A DNA stretch of 56,412 nt from an uncultured Candidatus Bathyarchaeia archaeon (GCA_964513225.1 CAZEMD010000001.1:1-56412), one strand, 5' to 3'. Shown: positions 37,536 to 47,907, counted from the stretch's first letter. Numbers and translations: made by a program. Notes: a model not told the origin generated them from the sequence alone.

Positions 37536-38840
37536 ATGATGACTCATATCAGAAAAACTGATCCTGAAATTCATGATTTAATCCTTAAGGAACTCAACAG
37601 AATAGAGAACGGCGTTGAGCTTATACCCTCTGAAAACTTCGTTTCCAGAGCAGTTCTGCAAGCGATGGGCTCTGTTTTCACCAACAAATACTCTGAAGGA
37701 TATCCCAAGAGAAGGTATTATGGTGGACAGGAGTTTGTGGATGCCATCGAAAAAATTGCTATCGATAGGGCTAAAAAACTATTCGGAGCCGAGCATGTTA
37801 ACGTACAGCCCTACTCAGGTTCTCCGGCTAACCAAGCAGTCTTCTTCGCTCTCTTAAATCTGGGTGATAAATTCATGGGGCTGGATATGAGTTGCGGTGG
37901 ACACCTGACACATGGAAGTCCAGTCAATTTCTCAGGCATTCAATACAAGGCCATCTCCTACCCTGTTGATAAAGACACAGAGTTGATCGACATGGATATG
38001 GTCCGAAAGATGGCCATACAAGAAAGGCCAAAGATGATCATTTCCAGCCTGACAGCATATCCCAGAAAGTTAAATTTTAAAGAGTTCCAAGAAATCTGTG
38101 AAGAGGTAGACGCGTATCATCTTTCTGACATAAGCCACATTGCGGGCTTGATAGTCGGAGGGGTTCATGACTCGCCCTTTCCTTTCACAGATGTCGTTAC
38201 AACAACTTCTCATAAGACGCTTAGAGGACCCAGAGGCGCCATCATAATGTGCAAGAAAGAAGACAGGCTTCATGATAAATATCATAGCCACACCGAGAAG
38301 AATCTTGCAAGACTTATAGACAGCGCTGTGTTCCCCGGTCTTCAAGGAGGCCCCCATGATCATACGACGGCGGCGAAAGCGGTTGCCTTTGAGGAAGCCA
38401 TGAAACCCGAATTTAAGGACTACGCCCGTCAGATCGTGAAAAACGCGAAAGCCATGGCTGATGAACTGATGGCCCAAGGGGTGAAGCTGGTGACTAATGG
38501 GACTGATAACCATTTGATGCTCATAGATCTGAGGCCTAAAGGACTCGGGGGGAAGGGAAAGCAGCTTCAGAACGCCATGGATAAAGCCAACATTACGTTA
38601 AACAAGAACTCCGTGCCCTTCCAGGAGGCGAGTCCCTTCAACCCATCGGGACTGAGACTGGGAACTCCAGCCGTTACTACGCGTGGCATGAAAGAAGATG
38701 AGATGAAGTTCATCGCTCAATGCATAGCTAAAGTCATTGATGACTATAAGGATAAGCTTCTCCTGGAAAGAATTAGGAAGGAAATAATTGAGATGGTCAG
38801 AGATTTCCCCATATACCCCGGCTTCACAATACTAGAGTGA
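37536..38840 (+). CDS. glyA: serine hydroxymethyltransferase
   Basis: ELIPSENF, NKYSEGYPKRRYYGG, and TTTSHKTLRGPRG (PLP Lys). I place the start at the ATG at 37536, whereas the tracked ORF begins at 37452. Confidence 0.9.
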   Translation: MMTHIRKTDPEIHDLILKELNRIENGVELIPSENFVSRAVLQAMGSVFTNKYSEGYPKRRYYGGQEFVDAIEKIAIDRAKKLFGAEHVNVQPYSGSPANQAVFFALLNLGDKFMGLDMSCGGHLTHGSPVNFSGIQYKAISYPVDKDTELIDMDMVRKMAIQERPKMIISSLTAYPRKLNFKEFQEICEEVDAYHLSDISHIAGLIVGGVHDSPFPFTDVVTTTSHKTLRGPRGAIIMCKKEDRLHDKYHSHTEKNLARLIDSAVFPGLQGGPHDHTTAAKAVAFEEAMKPEFKDYARQIVKNAKAMADELMAQGVKLVTNGTDNHLMLIDLRPKGLGGKGKQLQNAMDKANITLNKNSVPFQEASPFNPSGLRLGTPAVTTRGMKEDEMKFIAQCIAKVIDDYKDKLLLERIRKEIIEMVRDFPIYPGFTILE

Positions 38841-38990
38841 TTAAACATACTTAATTATTTATATTATAAATTTTATTTATAAATTAAGTGACTCCTCGTC
38901 ATCTTTCAAGCCTTACATTTAACCACTTCGATTCCTTCCCACTTATATTGACGTTCTAAAAGCAAGAAAATGCAAAAACTCAAATAATAA

Positions 38991-39797
38991 ATGATCACAA
39001 CCTTTCTTCGGATAAAAATGTCTATACTAATAACTGGAAGAGCAATTGGTCTATTAATTCTGATTCTAATCACGGCAGCAATTCTGTACTATATGCAGCA
39101 ATCTTACTCAGGAAAGATGCCAAAACTCAGACGATTTCAAGCCATCGACGCCATCGATGAGATCATAGGTAGGTGCGTCGAGATGGGCGCCCCGGCCTGG
39201 TACCTCATGGACACCGTCAACATGACGACACCGAGCGTGCTGGCTCCGACGGTCGCGGCCTTTCAGATCCTCGCTTATACTGCGAGTGTGGCCGCCCGGC
39301 TTGGGGCCAAGTTCTTTGTACCTGTGACTCAGGGTCTGGCTTACTCTATCGCCAATGACATCGTAGAGGAGGCATACAAGGCTGAGGGGAAGATCGAGGA
39401 CTTTGATCCCCTCGGCACAGTCATGTACCTCCCCGACGGCGCCGACAGGATGTATATCATCAACAACATGTGGAGCCAGAGGGTTGCCGGGGTCTTCTTC
39501 CTCGGCAGCTGGTATCACAAGGCCGTAATATTCACAGAGAACGCTGCCAGAGTGGGAGCCCTTACTCTCGGCGGCACCGACACAACCCATAACATCCCAT
39601 TCCTAGTCGCCATTTGTGACTACAGCATCATAGGTGAGGAACTCTACGCACTGGGCGCTTACGTCTCAGAGGATCCTACGCAAACTGCTTCCCTCGCTGG
39701 CCAAGACATCGGTAAATACATTGCCCTTGTCTTAGTCCTGCTGGGGTCGATTCTGGCGACCGTTGGCATCGACATCACGGGGATATTCGCATGGTAG
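38991..39797 (+). CDS. membrane module subunit A2 (paralog of A1)
   Basis: Same architecture as A1, with N-terminal and C-terminal hydrophobic segments. An alternative start is at 39018. Confidence 0.7.
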   Translation: MITTFLRIKMSILITGRAIGLLILILITAAILYYMQQSYSGKMPKLRRFQAIDAIDEIIGRCVEMGAPAWYLMDTVNMTTPSVLAPTVAAFQILAYTASVAARLGAKFFVPVTQGLAYSIANDIVEEAYKAEGKIEDFDPLGTVMYLPDGADRMYIINNMWSQRVAGVFFLGSWYHKAVIFTENAARVGALTLGGTDTTHNIPFLVAICDYSIIGEELYALGAYVSEDPTQTASLAGQDIGKYIALVLVLLGSILATVGIDITGIFAW

Positions 39798-39806
39798 GTG
39801 AGATGA

Positions 39807-40460
39807 ATGAGTGACAGAACATATAAGATTCAACTCCCGATTTATCTGACTGCCATCTTTGGTATTCTAATGATCGTGGAGCACTTCTTCCCGATGCCAG
39901 AAGCTGTTACCAACTTAAACATTACTCTTAGATCCTTCGTGACGGTCATCACAGCCGCCGCGTTGATGCTAGGAGTTATCATCCTCACAATATCCCACGC
40001 TAGAATGATATCGCAAAAGAAGAGCGAATGGTACTACAGCATATTCTACGTAATCTCGCTAGTGATCACCACTGGCTTTGGCCTTATAAGTGTCAGAAAC
40101 GAGAGCTTCCTATGGATCTACAATAACATGACGTCACCCATAGGAGCCGCTCTCTACTCGCTTACGGCTTTCTACATCACATCCGCGGCTTACAGAGTCT
40201 TCAGGGCTCGTAACTGGAGCGCAGCAGTACTGCTGTTTTGTGGATTCGTCGTGCTGATGATGCTGATACCCATCGGCGCCATAATCTTCCCACCTGTGGT
40301 TCCCATAGGTGAGTGGCTAAGATCCTTCCCAAGCTCTGCGGGCTTTAGGGGGATGATCATGGGCACATCGCTGGGCATCATGGGTCTATCTGTCAGGGTT
40401 TTCACAGGCAGGCAGAAGGAGCACCTAGGCATCCGAGAGGAGAAAGCAGGAGTGGAATGA
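39807..40460 (+). CDS. membrane module subunit B2 (paralog of B1)
   Basis: Polytopic, alignable with B1, with a 9-nt spacer after A2. Confidence 0.7.
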   Translation: MSDRTYKIQLPIYLTAIFGILMIVEHFFPMPEAVTNLNITLRSFVTVITAAALMLGVIILTISHARMISQKKSEWYYSIFYVISLVITTGFGLISVRNESFLWIYNNMTSPIGAALYSLTAFYITSAAYRVFRARNWSAAVLLFCGFVVLMMLIPIGAIIFPPVVPIGEWLRSFPSSAGFRGMIMGTSLGIMGLSVRVFTGRQKEHLGIREEKAGVE

Positions 40461-40461
40461 C

Positions 40462-41301
40462 ATGAGTATAGTAGATAAGTTACTGGAAATCGACCAGAGG
40501 ATCATCTACGCTCTATTATTCATCGCGTTGGCCTTCCCCATATTGAACCCCGTCATACTTCCGATGTCGATTCAGAGCTACTCTCAGCAGGCTTTCGATT
40601 TCTCCGATAACATACCAGAGGGATCTATCGTCCTCTTCGAAGGAGGACTAACAGCCGCCACCTACCCCCAGGGTGGACCTGGGATGGTGGTTCAGACCTA
40701 TCATATGCTAACTAAAGGCGTTAAGGTCATATTCTTTAGCATCGGCACAGAGCAGACTGTCTGGACGATGACAGCCATCGATACGGCTTTAGCTAAACTT
40801 CCTGCTGGTACGCCCGCCGAAAACGGTGTAAACTGGGTTCACTTGGGATACATCGCAGGAGGGGAAGCTGGAGTAGGCTCGCTTGTCAACGATATCCGTG
40901 CCACGGTTCAAGCGGACTATTTCAACACACCCATCGATGACATCCCATTGTTGGAGGGTGTCAACGACGCAACTTCGTTATCCGCCGTCCTTTGGTGGGG
41001 TGGATCCGAAGCCAGCATAGGGTATGGTGTACGCCAAGTCTCGGTGCCTTTCGACGTTCCCATGACCGGTATGTGCACAACAAACGAGGTTCCCAACTTC
41101 AGCCCCTACATCAGCGCAGGTCAGCTACAAGGATTGTTCGGCGGGGTTAGAGGATCCGCGGAGTACGAATATCTCCTCGGCTTACCTGGACCCGCCCTAG
41201 GGCAAGCCATGGCAACTAACTTTGGAGGACTACTCTGGATGATAATGGTGATTCTTGGAAACGTACTGTACTTCATAAAGAAGATGGGAGGCGAGGCTTG
41301 A
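40462..41301 (+). CDS. membrane module subunit C2 (paralog of C1)
   Basis: Hydrophobic at both ends, with shared HLGYIAGG and GSAEYEYLLGLPG motifs. It starts 1 nt after the B2 stop. Confidence 0.7.
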   Translation: MSIVDKLLEIDQRIIYALLFIALAFPILNPVILPMSIQSYSQQAFDFSDNIPEGSIVLFEGGLTAATYPQGGPGMVVQTYHMLTKGVKVIFFSIGTEQTVWTMTAIDTALAKLPAGTPAENGVNWVHLGYIAGGEAGVGSLVNDIRATVQADYFNTPIDDIPLLEGVNDATSLSAVLWWGGSEASIGYGVRQVSVPFDVPMTGMCTTNEVPNFSPYISAGQLQGLFGGVRGSAEYEYLLGLPGPALGQAMATNFGGLLWMIMVILGNVLYFIKKMGGEA

Positions 41302-41978
41302 TGGACGCAGAGATATTAGGATTGATCGCAGGATCTCTTGTCTCTCTCGGAGCCTATTCTGTACTGATCGGTGACAACCCGATCTCTAGAATCACAGAGA
41401 ACATCTACATGGGAATACTCGGTGGCTACTTTTTCGCGCAGAACTGGGACTTCATAAGTAAGAACGCCCTCGGCAAGGTGGCTAATGGAGAATATGTCTA
41501 CATAATCGCCATAATCCTCTCCCTGATGTTGCTTGGCCGTCTAAAACCTGAGTATCTGTGGATCTCACGATACCCCGTCGTGTTTACGGTAGGCGTGGGT
41601 CTGGGACTCTCAGTGAGGACGACGGTTATGGCGGACTTCGTGGGACAGATCCAGGCGACACTGCTTCCATGGAACTCGTTAAACAACATAGTGATGATAA
41701 TAGGGACATGCTTAACCGCTGCCTACTTCATATTCACGACTCAGAAATCTGGATTATACAATTATGTGCACACAGGCGGCAGGGTCTTCCTGCTATGTGC
41801 CTTCGGAGTGGCCTACGGGCAGACAGTCTCATTCAGGTTGGAACTGGTCATAGGTCGCCTAGTCGCCATGCTAGATCCACGAGTCAGTATGTATACTTAC
41901 GCGTTCCTAGTGATCATAGCGGCCATCCTGATATACGGCTACAAGACCGATAAGATCGTGTGGTACAAAGGAAGATAG
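41298..41978 (+). CDS. membrane module subunit D2 (paralog of D1)
   Basis: Polytopic, with a 4-nt overlap with C2. Confidence 0.7.
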   Translation: MMDAEILGLIAGSLVSLGAYSVLIGDNPISRITENIYMGILGGYFFAQNWDFISKNALGKVANGEYVYIIAIILSLMLLGRLKPEYLWISRYPVVFTVGVGLGLSVRTTVMADFVGQIQATLLPWNSLNNIVMIIGTCLTAAYFIFTTQKSGLYNYVHTGGRVFLLCAFGVAYGQTVSFRLELVIGRLVAMLDPRVSMYTYAFLVIIAAILIYGYKTDKIVWYKGR

Positions 41979-42101
41979 ATTACCTTACCCCCTTTTTATT
42001 TTGAGTTCACGCTAGTTTCATGCCATTAAGCTTAACGATATTTCCTGCATCTGAGACAAATAAATAAATAATCAATAATGAAAAAGGTATGAGATGCACT
42101 A

Positions 42102-42464
42102 ATGATGTGGGATGACCCATCAGATAAAGAAAAAGATGAGATGATCACGAACGTAGCTGAGACCATATACAAATACGATATGGATCTCTTCGCCATCCTT
42201 ATCTTGGAGTCTATAAAGCCACTTGCATCCGTCGGGGGGCAGCTGACCCGCTTCATGGTCGCCCCGTTCATCCCCTTCATAGGCGACAAGAGCATGCCCT
42301 ACCTGGCCACCTTTCAGAACAAGGAGAACGTGGAGAGGCTCATCAGAATCCTAGAGGACAAGGGCCAGGAGGACCAGAGGAAGGCCGCCGAGGCTCGGAA
42401 AAATAAGAAACAGGGCGGCGGCTGGAGGCGCTACGTGCCTTGGCTCACAGGGAAAGAGGGCTAG
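42102..42464 (+). CDS. small protein E2 of the membrane module (paralog of 18934-19335)
   Basis: A 120-aa protein with the same acidic N-terminus, hydrophobic core and basic C-terminal helix layout as E1. Confidence 0.6.
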   Translation: MMWDDPSDKEKDEMITNVAETIYKYDMDLFAILILESIKPLASVGGQLTRFMVAPFIPFIGDKSMPYLATFQNKENVERLIRILEDKGQEDQRKAAEARKNKKQGGGWRRYVPWLTGKEG

Positions 42465-42622
42465 CCCTCAGTGGTAGTCGGCCCTCTCTCTTATCTAGTA
42501 TCCACTGAAGTCCCCGATTACACCCACGAGACCCTGTATCGCGGCAGCTTCACCGAGAGGCTGTGCATATTACTGTGTAGAGAACGGTGACATCGCAGTG
42601 GAGGCGAGAAGGTGCAAAACGA

Positions 42623-42639
42623 CGACATCCAAGATGTCG
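42623..42639. terminator. hairpin between convergent genes (7-bp stem CGACATC/GATGTCG, 3-nt loop) followed by a T-rich run
   Basis: Read directly. It lies between the E2 stop (42464) and the M14 gene stop (42678). Confidence 0.25.
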
Positions 42640-42677
42640 GATAGAAATGTAATTTTCATTTAAAAAAGATGGAGGGA

Positions 42678-45233
42678 TCAGCCGAGGAGGCTGTTGAAGA
42701 GTAGCTTGAAGGTACCGTGGGTCTGGCACCTGTTCTGGCACCGGAAGCCGATGAGCACGGCGTCTCCTTCCCCTGACTCGGCGGTCAGGGTCGCTATCTT
42801 GTTCGCTAGCTTCTCCTCGCCTATGAGCCACCCTGACTCCAGCAGGTCGGCGTCAGGGTAAGTCGCCACGATACTGTACTTGTCGTTGTCGGGGTTGGGC
42901 AGTATCTTGAAAGCGGGACTGTTCCAGAATAGGGCAAGCGCTTCCTCTGGCATACCGTAAGCAACAGGGTTCTCATTGTCGAACAGGGTGTGGAGAGTGC
43001 TACCGGGGCAGTGGAACTCCTTGGGGCTTAGCCCCTCCATGGCGTTTGCCACCTTGAGGTCCAGCGCTTGGACTCCATACATGCTGGCATCGCCAAGGCA
43101 GACGAGCCTACCACCCTTCTGAACCCACTCCTTGATTTTCTCCTTGCCCTCGTCGCCGAGCCCTGACTGGTACTCGGGCGGGTACTCTGGGAGGGGCCAG
43201 TTTGGCTGGTACTCCTTCCACCATTTCTGGAGCTCGTCGCCGCCTGTGATTATGGCGGGCGGGTCGTTGGGCAGTATGATTGCGTCGTACTTGCTGAGGT
43301 CGCCTTCGAGGATGTCCTTGTCCATGAGTGTGGTGTAAGGGAAGCCGTACTTTTCGAGGACAAGCCTTGTCCAGCCCTCGTCCATGTTACCTCCCCAATA
43401 CCTCTGGTACATACCCACCTTGAGACGCTTGACAGGAGCCGTTTCTGCCTCCAGCACCTCTAGGGCGTGGAAGACTACACCGGTCTCCTCGGCGGCCTTC
43501 TCCAGTTGTTTCTCGTAGCCCGGATCGAATACGAAGCAGCCCGCCGGCAGTTCAGCGTCTCCAGCCAGAAGAGGCTCGGTGACCCGCTTCACTGGGACAC
43601 CTGCGTCCAGAAGCATGTTCACAGCCTTGAAGGCGTGGTTAAGACGTGTGTCGAGTAGGTAACCTACCTTTCCCTTTTCATCCACTTTGCCTGTGGGTGG
43701 CTTATAGTCTGTGACCTGCTCCAGCTCGACGTCGCTCATCAAAGCGATCTGGTGGCTTTCCACGCCCATGAACTCGGTCATGGTGTCCGTCGCCGAGTCA
43801 TAGGGGCGGTGGGGTGAGCCGTCTGGCTGCCTAGTGAAGCTGTCGTCGGGGAACCGTGTCTGCCCGAGGAGAGTCTTGATCAGCCCCATCTTTGGCTGGG
43901 CGAGAGGTATGACGTAGCTGCCCTCGCCGTAGAGGTAGCCGTCTGCGGTGAACGGCTCCTTGGCCTTGTATATCTTGAGGTTTTGAGCCATGAGCTTCTC
44001 GATCATGAGCTCGGCTGTCCTTGGGTCGTGCTGATCGGCAGGGATTATGTAGGCAGTGATGGCGTCCATGACTCCGCGCTCTGTCTGGCGGACGGCCTTC
44101 TGGTAGGCGTTCAGGAGTACGGTCTCCTTGTTGCGGGCCATGTGGTCTAGTACGGCCCACGCCGCTATCTTCTGCTGTTCGACGATGTCGCGCAGGGTCC
44201 ACCAGCCGCCGGGCCAGGGGTGGGGGAAGTTGGTGGTTGGCTTGTAGTGGGGTAGCATCCTTGTTCCTACGAGGCTGCGGGGTTTGGTGGACTCGATGAG
44301 CTGCTCGGGGTGTATGTAGAGTGGTGTGGCGAGCTTCGCTGAGGCCGACTCCGTCAGCATGCTTGGTATGTTGTGGTAGATGCCTATCCAGTGGAACCCG
44401 AGGTGGGCCCAGCCGCTGAATATGGCGGCGTTGACTATGCCTGTCTTGCCTGCCTCTTCCAGCTTGTACGCCATGTGGCTGCCGTACCACTGGAGCTCCC
44501 TCCAGACGAGGGGGTCTCCGTGGGGGTGGATGGGGTCGCTGTAGGGGGCGACGTAGAGGCGGGCGCCGTAGCTGCCCATGTGGTGGTGGTCCTGGTAGGC
44601 CTGGGGCGGCCAGTCGTGGAACATGAGGCGGGCCATGTACTGGGACTCGACGATGTTGGTGGCGAAGGCGTCCCTGTTGTTGTCGTGGCCCGTGTACTTG
44701 TGGTAGAGCCAGGGCGTGCCGCAGCCCTCGTACTCGGTGCCCAGCCACTCGTTGTACCAGTCGGTGACCATGTGCTGGCCATCGGGGTTGAAGCACGGCA
44801 CCATGATGCTCACGACGTTGTCGCGGATGCGTCTGGCCTCCTCGTCCTCACGGGTTATGAGGTCGTAGGCTAGCTCGGGGGCCATCTGGGTGCCGCCGAT
44901 CTCGGTGGCATGGAGGCTCATGGACTGGATGACCACCGCCTTGCCCTCATCGACGAGAGGCTCGACGTCCTCCATGGTGAGGTCGTCCGGATCTGTGATC
45001 CGTTTGTTGACCTCCTGGATGCGTTCCAGGTGCTCCATGTTCTCCTCGCTGGTGACGAGGACCGCGAGGAAGGGGTGGCCCTCGGTGCTGGGCCCCATGT
45101 CCACCACCTTGATCCGTCTAGACTCCTCATGAAGCCTCCAGAAGTAGTCTATGATCCTGTCCCAACGTGCGATATTGTGGTCGGTTCCTAACCTGTATCC
45201 AAAGAACTCTTCAGGGGAAGTGATGTCTGACAT
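42678..45233 (-). CDS. M14-family metallocarboxypeptidase-like protein with a long C-terminal extension (851 aa)
   Basis: HATEIGG (the HxxE zinc site), VPCFNPDG and DHHHMGSYG motifs in the N-terminal half. The C-terminal about 300 aa are unassigned. Confidence 0.7.
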   Translation of the reverse strand: MSDITSPEEFFGYRLGTDHNIARWDRIIDYFWRLHEESRRIKVVDMGPSTEGHPFLAVLVTSEENMEHLERIQEVNKRITDPDDLTMEDVEPLVDEGKAVVIQSMSLHATEIGGTQMAPELAYDLITREDEEARRIRDNVVSIMVPCFNPDGQHMVTDWYNEWLGTEYEGCGTPWLYHKYTGHDNNRDAFATNIVESQYMARLMFHDWPPQAYQDHHHMGSYGARLYVAPYSDPIHPHGDPLVWRELQWYGSHMAYKLEEAGKTGIVNAAIFSGWAHLGFHWIGIYHNIPSMLTESASAKLATPLYIHPEQLIESTKPRSLVGTRMLPHYKPTTNFPHPWPGGWWTLRDIVEQQKIAAWAVLDHMARNKETVLLNAYQKAVRQTERGVMDAITAYIIPADQHDPRTAELMIEKLMAQNLKIYKAKEPFTADGYLYGEGSYVIPLAQPKMGLIKTLLGQTRFPDDSFTRQPDGSPHRPYDSATDTMTEFMGVESHQIALMSDVELEQVTDYKPPTGKVDEKGKVGYLLDTRLNHAFKAVNMLLDAGVPVKRVTEPLLAGDAELPAGCFVFDPGYEKQLEKAAEETGVVFHALEVLEAETAPVKRLKVGMYQRYWGGNMDEGWTRLVLEKYGFPYTTLMDKDILEGDLSKYDAIILPNDPPAIITGGDELQKWWKEYQPNWPLPEYPPEYQSGLGDEGKEKIKEWVQKGGRLVCLGDASMYGVQALDLKVANAMEGLSPKEFHCPGSTLHTLFDNENPVAYGMPEEALALFWNSPAFKILPNPDNDKYSIVATYPDADLLESGWLIGEEKLANKIATLTAESGEGDAVLIGFRCQNRCQTHGTFKLLFNSLLG

Positions 45234-45539
45234 ACATCAGAATTGTTCTATGGTGATTTAGGGTTACTCATCAGTCCATTCCCAAGATAAAATCCGTTAA
45301 AATGTTAGTTACATGTTTCAAGCGTATTGAGATTCTTAAGACATCAATATTTAATGGCGTCATAAAAGTTCGTCTCAATGCGGTTTTAGGCTTCTGATAG
45401 ATACTTGTGTATTTTTAAATGGAAATAACGCTAAAATAATAGATTTTATAGGCGATTATAAATAATAGATAATTAGTTTTAAGTTCATGCACTTTTGTTT
45501 AGATTTTCTCTATTTGAAAGCGCATAATGAACCTCACAG

Positions 45540-46754
45540 GTGAAAAAAATGGATGAACGATTAGATACGGAACCTAACACCGGCTCATATTATAAAATTT
45601 TAATCGCTTTGGTGCTCTCCGGGTTTTCAGCCTCGATCGCAAACATGCTTTCGGGGCTTCTGCTCATCGACATAGGGGAGACCTTCAACGTCAACGTCGG
45701 CGTCGCGGGCCAAATGTGCACGTTCAGTTTCATGGTTTCGATCATCTTCGCTCTTTTAACGAGCATGTTCAGCGTAAAGTACAACCACAAGACGCTTCTC
45801 CAAGTCGGATTACTCGCCTACTCAGCCTCAGCCATCGGATGCTATCTGGCGCCTACATTCAGCATAATGGTGGCTGCGTTCTCGTTGTCAGGCATCGGAT
45901 ACGCACTCGCAACCACGATGACCTTTACGTTGACAGGGCTGTTCCCTCAGGAAAAGAGGGGGGAAGCCATAGGGTTCATAATAGGCGGCATGTCAGGCTC
46001 GTACCTCGTCGGAGCCATAGTTGTGACCTACCTGCAGAGCGTAGGGGGATGGAGGTACGCTTTCTTAGGATACTTGCTTCCTAGTTCCGTCCTAGCTCTG
46101 GTCCTGACGACGTTGACGGTCCCCAGAGGATCAAGTGGTTCAGATGACAAGGATCAGATCAAACTCGGTGAAGGCTTCAAGGCTATATTTTCGAATCGTT
46201 CAGCGTCTTCCTCCTTGTTCGGTTATTTGTTTGCGATAGTTACGTGGCAGGGGATCTTAACCTATGGCACGTCTTTCTTCAGAGACACGTTTCTAATCTC
46301 AATTGGGGAGGCTTCAATCATCATATTGGTCGGAGCAACGCTGTATACTGTTGGCAGCGTTGTCAGCAGCAGAACGGCTAAGCGAGTGGGGAGAAAGCCC
46401 CTGGTAGCCATCTCGATTCTGGTCGCAAGCATGACATTCATGGTGTATACCTATTTGCCTACTTTCATGTTTTCTGTAGGTATCTTTTTTGTAGGCTGTC
46501 TATTAGTGGGGGTTATGGACGCCTCGTCGACCAGTCTCGTCATCGATCAGCTTCCTCTGTACGCTGGCATAATGATGTCGTTGCAGAGGGTAGTAACTCA
46601 AGTGGGTAGCTCGTTAGGTTCAGGCCTTGGCGGTGCGATCCTCACATTTTCCGGCTATAACTTGATGTTTTCGATACTCGGAGTTTTTGGCATTGCCTCA
46701 GCCATGGTATTTCATTGGTTTACCGTCGACACTTCGTCTGGGAAGAGTGGGTAG
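45540..46754 (+). CDS. MFS-type transporter
   Basis: A 404-aa protein with about 12 hydrophobic segments and PQEKRGEAIG / SRTAKRVGRKP loops. It has a GTG start, with an alternative ATG at 45549. Confidence 0.75.
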   Translation: MKKMDERLDTEPNTGSYYKILIALVLSGFSASIANMLSGLLLIDIGETFNVNVGVAGQMCTFSFMVSIIFALLTSMFSVKYNHKTLLQVGLLAYSASAIGCYLAPTFSIMVAAFSLSGIGYALATTMTFTLTGLFPQEKRGEAIGFIIGGMSGSYLVGAIVVTYLQSVGGWRYAFLGYLLPSSVLALVLTTLTVPRGSSGSDDKDQIKLGEGFKAIFSNRSASSSLFGYLFAIVTWQGILTYGTSFFRDTFLISIGEASIIILVGATLYTVGSVVSSRTAKRVGRKPLVAISILVASMTFMVYTYLPTFMFSVGIFFVGCLLVGVMDASSTSLVIDQLPLYAGIMMSLQRVVTQVGSSLGSGLGGAILTFSGYNLMFSILGVFGIASAMVFHWFTVDTSSGKSG

Positions 46755-47032
46755 TGGAGCAAGGGGGTTTTCTATTTCAAGTTTGTGATTATTTGAGTGA
46801 GGGTAGGGGAAAAAACGGGGAAAATTACCCCAAAACCCCTCCCTCGCGATATTTTGTTGTGTGGTTGGTTAAAGAGGTTATGAATAAAGTTGGGAAAGAT
46901 CATGAATACATGCGCGCCTCCGGGTTCACCGTGACTTTATTAAACCTGTTTGAAGGTATCCATATGATACTTATTCAAGCCATGTAGACAGCGAGGAAAC
47001 GGAGTTTGGACAAACATGAGGAGTAAAAAGGT

Positions 47033-47611
47033 ATGACACAGGAACCAATTATAGATCCCGAGGACCTGAGCATCAACATAGTGAACGTCGTAGCGTCTGC
47101 AAGCCTAGACCAGAAGATCAACCTGATTGATATCATGAAGGCATTCAGGAACGTCGAGTACAGGCCCAAACAGTTCCCGGGCCTCGTCTTCAGGCTTAAG
47201 AGGCCCAAGACGGCCACCCTCATCTTCGGCTCGGGCAAGATGGTGTGCACCGGCTCTAAATCAGAGAAACAGGCAAGAAGCGCGGTCAACAAGGTAGTCC
47301 GGGAGTTAAAAAACAATGGAATCGTCATCCTGGGTAAACCAAAGATTGTGATACAGAACATGGTTGCCTCGGCGAACCTCCACGGATCGATCGACCTTGA
47401 GACTGCTGCGGATATTCTGGATAACGTGATGTACGAGCCAGAGCAGTTCCCCGGCCTCATCTACCGGATGAGTGACCCTAAGACGGTTCTTCTCCTCTTT
47501 GCGTCCGGTAAGCTTGTCTGCACGGGTGCTAAAAGCGAGGGTATGGTCTATGAATCCGTTGCAAAGGTCTATGAGGTCTTGGATGATTATGATCTTTTAT
47601 TCAAAGAGTAG
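47033..47611 (+). CDS. tbp: TATA-box-binding protein, paralog 1
   Basis: Two TBP repeats: NVVASASL ... YRPKQFPGLVFRLKRPKTATLIFGSGKMVCTG and NMVASANL ... YEPEQFPGLIYRM ... LLFASGKLVCTGAKS. Confidence 0.92.
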   Translation: MTQEPIIDPEDLSINIVNVVASASLDQKINLIDIMKAFRNVEYRPKQFPGLVFRLKRPKTATLIFGSGKMVCTGSKSEKQARSAVNKVVRELKNNGIVILGKPKIVIQNMVASANLHGSIDLETAADILDNVMYEPEQFPGLIYRMSDPKTVLLLFASGKLVCTGAKSEGMVYESVAKVYEVLDDYDLLFKE

Positions 47612-47907
47612 CTATGCGCGCAGGGTCTCGAAAGTGCTTCATAGAACCCGGGTCCACCGCTTCGCCTCAAAACACGCGCATAATAATACTTTGTGTACGC
47701 AGAATTAATCCATAAACACCCAGAAGCACTCGCAGCCGTTGAGGTCCCAGAGCCGCCATCCGCTGAACCCTATCCTGAGGCTGAGGTAGCTTATCTGCCC
47801 GTCTAGTGGTTGTGCCTGGTTTAGAGGTGGGTGGGGTTCGGCGGGCTGTCCCCGGCCACTCTCCCGGATCCTCTCCAGCTTCTCAGGGCTGTCCTCGAGG
47901 GCCAAGG

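Noticed and set aside
46715-46987. A 90-aa ORF between the MFS gene and tbp.
   Set aside because: It overlaps the MFS 3-prime end, its composition shifts from GC-rich to AT-rich within the ORF, and it has no motif. It is likely non-coding spacer.
47613-47682. An 8-bp inverted repeat (tatgcgcg ... cgcgcata) enclosing 54 nt just after tbp paralog 1, considered as a structured RNA or terminator.
   Set aside because: The stem is short, the loop is long, and I could not see supporting internal helices. No equivalent lies after tbp paralog 2.
47705-47905. A 66-aa minus-strand ORF, and the 90-aa ORF at 48949-49221, considered as genes carrying the conserved element.
   Set aside because: The two ORFs share only the 9-codon stretch GECCRPWSK and are otherwise unrelated, with different frames after the spacer. 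They have no start context in common. The conservation is better described at the nucleotide level.
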